This document shows, piece by piece, positions 59,391-64,000 of a DNA stretch of 64,000 bases. The stretch is from assembly GCF_009914755.1 (NCBI RefSeq), contig NC_060925.1; one strand, given 5' to 3'. The first letter of the stretch is position 1. The number at the start of each line of letters is the position of its first letter. Position numbers and translations under genes: made by a program. A model generated the notes under the pieces. It was not told the DNA's origin, did not search any database, and saw nothing but the letters and a program-made list of their open reading frames with translations. This DNA comes from the human T2T-CHM13v2.0 reference genome, Homo sapiens.

Positions 59391-61456
59391 GTTTTAACGA
59401 GTGGAGAGTTTAATAGGCAAGAAGGGGCAAGAAGGAAGAGAGAAGGAAGAAGCTCCCCTGTACAGAGTTGTGTGTGGGCTGGGGGCGGGGGGGGAGGGTG
59501 GTGGGCGGGGCAGGGGTGTGCTCCAAAGCCAAGAGAGAGAACTCCACCTGCCACAGATACCAGCTAGGTATATATACAGAGGCTGGAAGAGGCAGTGTCT
59601 GATTTGCATAGGGCTCAGAGGATTGGTTTGACTAAGCATGTTATTCACATAGCCCGCGTAAAAATTGGTCCTGCCACCCTAGCTCTGTAATATGCAAATG
59701 CAGGGCACCATGATATTCTACACACGTGGGGGTACATGGAGGTGGTCATGTTGCCAGGAACATGTGGAGAAAAGGCAAGAAGGTCCATGTTTGAGTGGAC
59801 CCAGTTTCTTTTTTATTCTTTTTTTTGTTGTTGTTATACTTTAAGTTCTAGGGTACATGTGCACAATGTGCAGGTTTGTTACATATGTATACGTGTGCCA
59901 TGTTGGTTTGCTGTACCCATTAACTCATCATTTACATTAGGTATTTCTCCTAATGTTTTCTCTCCCCCATCACCCCCACCTCGCCCCAGGCCGCAGTGTG
60001 TGATGTAACCCGCCCTGTGTCCAAGTGTTCTCATTGTTCAGTTCCCACCTATGAATGAGAACATGCGGTGTTTGGTTTTCTGTCCTTGTGATAGTTTGCT
60101 CAGAATGATGGTTTCCAGCTTCATCCATGTCCCTACAAAGGACATGAACTCATCCTTTTTTATGGCTGCATAGTATTCCATAGTATTCCATGGTGCATTG
60201 TGCTACATTTTCTTAATCCAGTCGATCACTGATGGACATTTGGGTTGGTTCCAAGTCTTTGCTATTGTGAATAGTGCCACAGTAAACATACATGTGCATG
60301 TGTCTTCGTAGTAGCATAATTTATAATCCTTTGGGTATATACCCAGTAATGGGATCACTGGGTCAAATGGTATTTCTAGTTCTAGATTCTTGAGGAATCA
60401 CCACACTGTCTTCCACAATGGTTGAACTAGTTTACACTCCCACCAACAGTGTAAAAGTGTTCCTATTTCTCCACATCCTCTCCAGCATCTGTTGTTTCCT
60501 GATTTTTTAATGATCGCCATTCTAACTGGTGTGAGATGGTATCTCATTGTGGTTTTGATTTGTATTTCTCTGATGACCGGTGATGATGAGCATTTTTTCA
60601 TGTGTGTTTTGGCTGCATAAATGTCTTCTTTTGAGAAGTGTCTGTTCATATCCTTTGCCCACTTTTTGATGGGGTTGTTTGATTTGTTTCTTGTAAATCT
60701 GTTTAAGTTCTTTGTAGTTTCTGGATATTAGCCCTTTGTCAGATGGGTAGATTGCAAAAATTTTCTCCCATTCTGTAGGTTGCCTGTTCACTCTGGTGGT
60801 AGTTTCTTTTGCCATGCAGAAGCTCTTTAGTTTAATTAGATCCCATGTGTCTATTTTGGCTTTTGTTGCCATTGCTTTTGGTGTTTTAGACATGAAGTCC
60901 TTGCCCATGCCTATGTCCTGAATGGTATTGCCTAGGTTTTCTTCTAGGGTTTTTATGGTTTTAGGTCTAACATGTAAATCTTTAATCCATCTTGAATTAA
61001 TTTTTGTATAAGGTGTAAGGAAGGGATCCAGTTTCAGCTTTCTACATATGGCTAGCCAGTTTTCCCAGCACTATTTATTAAATAGGGAATCCTTTCCCCA
61101 TTTCTTGTTATTGTCACGTTTGTCAAAGATCAGATGGTTGTAGATGCGTGGTGTTATTTCTGAGGCCTCTGTTCTGTTCCATTGGTCTATCTCTCTGTTT
61201 TGGTACCAGTACCATGCTGTTTTGGTTACTGGAGCCTTGTAGTATAGTTTGAAGTCAGGTAGCGTGATGCATCATGCTACCTGAGTGGATCCAGTTTCTA
61301 ATGACTTGCACTTGCATATCAAAAGTTGCAAGCCTGGCTCTAAGAGCCAGGGCTTTACAAGAAATTTTCCGGAGATGCTTTAAAAATTGAAAATTTCCCA
61401 GGGACCCCTTTTCCTCTCTAACTGTCTAAAATAATTTCTTAATAACTCCTACAACA
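59391..61456 (-). mobile_element. LTR9-family 3' LTR (ERV1), U5 end missing, split by an L1PA
   Basis: Minus strand begins TGTTGTAGGAGTTATTAAGAAATTATTTTAG at 61456, preceded by the polypurine tract AAAGGGGGAC. Confidence 0.85.
59810..61281 (-). mobile_element. 5'-truncated young L1PA inserted in LTR9
   Basis: ORF2 C-terminal ORFs (60398-60908); 18-bp near-perfect TSD tgagtggacccagtttct (59792-59809) / tgagtggatccagtttct (61282-61299). Confidence 0.95.
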
Positions 61457-63310
61457 GTCCCCCTTTGGAGATGCCACACTAACTGCTGTTAGGGGGTTTT
61501 AGGCGATGACTCCTTCTGGCTACTTCCTGCTGAAAAGGGGTGTCGAATGGGGTACAGCAGCTAAGGCTCCTTCTGGAGTGGTTCTAAGGGTCCTCGGAAG
61601 AATGGTGTGGCCATGTGTGTTTCAGTTTACAGCACCATTTGGAGTTTCATAGCTTCTAGGCAAGAAGAAACGATTTGAGTTACAGTATTGTATATACAGG
61701 GTCCAAATGTCAATACAAGACATATAAGCAGGAGAGAGCTTAACATGGGGGTTAACCAATTCCATAAAGAAGACTGGAATTTATTAAAGAGGGATTGCAG
61801 CCACTCAGGGCTGAAGCTGGCATTTTCCCTGAGCCTGTCAATAATTTTGATTTGATTTGTAAGTACCTGTAGATTTTCCTTTACTTTACTAGAGGTGTTA
61901 ATCTAAAAGCTGCATGTTTCATTTAAAACTGCATCACTAAACCCAATAAAAAGTCCTAGCAGACTCAGTGATAGCAAAACTTTCATGCTTTTTTTTTGTT
62001 AGTAACTATTACCCCTGCTATAAGGATAATAATTAAGCAAAATACAACAGCAATGGAAACTCTCTGTTTAATATTTCAGTTAGAAGGTGCTACCATGTAT
62101 AACTCTACTGCAAATAAAAGAGTGAGTATAACAGTTTCCGTAAGTGTGGTGTGGTAGATAATTTGCATTTAAAATTTTACTTGACAAGATACAGAATTCC
62201 CCTTTGGGGGTCTATGAAGTGCCTTGGTTTTATTTTCCTAAATAAAGAAATCTCTGGGTTATGAGCACCCTACTCACTTTTATTACCTGGCAGAATTTGC
62301 AGGATAATTAACCAGAACTAGTATACTGATCCAGATTTTTACATTACCCATCCCTTATTTTTTCTTCCAGGCTGCCGGAGACCACTACTTGATTCACAGG
62401 AATAAGCAGGGTTAGTCTAAAATGTAGACAGAAAGCTTGAAAACAATTAATGAGACTAGGACTTAATGACAAATGTATGATAAGCTTTGAAGCACAATTT
62501 TTCTCTCTAGTCCTCATTTTTGGTAAAAACAAATTATGGATAAACTATAATCTTATACTTGGCCTGATTATTTGCATAAAGTGCAGCAAGAATGGTTATT
62601 TCTACATAGGCCTTTTGGATTGGCTTTGATGAAACTGTGGCACAAGGAATTTCAGATAAGACAATTAAAGCCAAGCCCAGCCATGAGTTTATATGCTCAG
62701 ATACCTGTGAGCTGGGTGATCCTCTCCTCCTGAGATCCCAAGATAAACTCAGAACTCCTGGACCTGTTAGAAAGTGACATTCTTTACTGACCACAGGTTA
62801 GGAACCCTTTGCAGAGACTCTGTAGACAAGGTATGAGGACAGTTCTCCCCAAAGGGCTTTTATTGACTCTGCATGTCAAGCTTGATTACTTAAAGGGAAA
62901 CACACCCTTTCAGTTAAAGCCTTGATAAAATAACCAGTTTTTCCAATTATGTACTGTTGACAAAGAAAAATGGATTCTTATTGCATTGATGCAAACAACT
63001 ATATTGCCAAAGTTAAGAGTACTCACAGATAGTTTCCAAATTCTAGAGGAACCAGAAGGAGAAATAAACATGCTCCAAATTTTGTTCATAGAAGTATACC
63101 TTACTCAATTATTAAAGGCCATAAATAGTTTAAAATAAGTTTCCTTCACTCTGAAAAACAAATCAAGGATCAGCAGTATTCCAAGCAAAAGTTAAAAGGC
63201 TTGCTTTAACTTTCTGAGTGCAGTCCATTTAGTTAATTCTTGTTTTGCTTGATATTTGTGAGCATGTCAGTTCTTTAGGAGTTTCGTACATTCTTTCTCT
63301 CTTCCAATGT
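61457..63310 (-). mobile_element. ERV1 internal 3' region belonging to LTR9 (HUERS-P3-like); 5' part absent
   Basis: Contiguous with the LTR and PPT, contains an env remnant, and gives way to AT-rich unique DNA at ~63310. Confidence 0.75.
61630..61933 (-). pseudogene. env: Gamma-type env TM remnant
   Basis: Manual translation AVLNETCSF*INTSSKVKENL...LWNWLTPMLSSLLLICLVLTFGPCIYNTVTQIVSSCLEAMKLQMVL shows the decayed CX6CC region, the TM helix and the GPC motif. Confidence 0.85.
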
Positions 63311-64000
63311 AATTATGAATAAAATATTTCTGCAGAACTGAGGAACTGAGGTGAGGTCATAATTTAAAAATTCCTTTTTGTTTCATGTGTAGGGTTTAAA
63401 ATCCACACTTTTTGTTGTATTTTTGTAAATATATTATGATTTATCTGAAGTAGCTATTAATGTAACAGAAATAAACAGAAAAAATTCTCAATGCTATCTT
63501 CAAAATCTGTGTATATTTATGCATCTGTTTCAGACTTTACTGTTTAAATCTGTGGTCTATAATGGGTTTGGTTATACATTTATGTCAAACTGCAATTTCT
63601 AATAGCATGTTTAAGTTACTCATTGCACATCTTGTTTTATCTTCAATACAAGGTATAAAACACATATAAAATTTTAAAAAATGAAAACAGAAACTAATGT
63701 CATGTATTCAAGATATGCAATAAATACTATGTTGAATAAGAATAAAATAATCTGTTCATAATATATATAATATACTTTAAAGGTTTTTAAAGTTATTTTA
63801 TGAGGAAACCTCAAGGAAAAAAATCTCTAAATAATCTTCATTTCTTTATAAAACAATGACTTTTGGCATTAGTGAAACAGACTTTAAATTCTGAGCAAAA
63901 ATGTTACAAAGAAAGGGAAGAAAAATGAGCATGAATTTTAAGAGATGGTGAAGAATGATGCACAATTAACATTGAATTATGATACTATTTGGCTGGGGAA

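Overview
AT-rich, CpG-depleted primate genomic DNA. AluY, L1PA and LTR5 point to a catarrhine, but the species cannot be fixed from the sequence. I found no supportable intact protein-coding gene, tRNA or rRNA, and almost every ORF in the track is repeat-derived. The window is a dense, deeply nested transposable-element graveyard. It holds L1s of many ages (L1M to L1PA), seven Alus, ERV LTRs (MER4-group, MER41A, LTR22/HML-5 twice, LTR5/HML-2, LTR9 with internal sequence and env remnant, THE1, MLT1/MLT2), DNA transposons (Tigger2, Charlie/hAT, MER44, MER47, MER5) and L2/MIR relics. Family calls come from recalled consensus sequences, so subfamily names need RepeatMasker/Dfam confirmation. Two structures are most unusual. 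(1) An ~800-bp insertion flanked by a perfect 14-bp TSD (48348-49150), made of a short L1 3' end fused to ~570 bp of unidentified, CpG-retaining non-repeat sequence; it is a candidate L1-captured RNA of cellular or viral origin. (2) A 100%-identical, split-and-inverted templated copy of 94 bp (39815-39910, from 41520-41613) inside an old L1.
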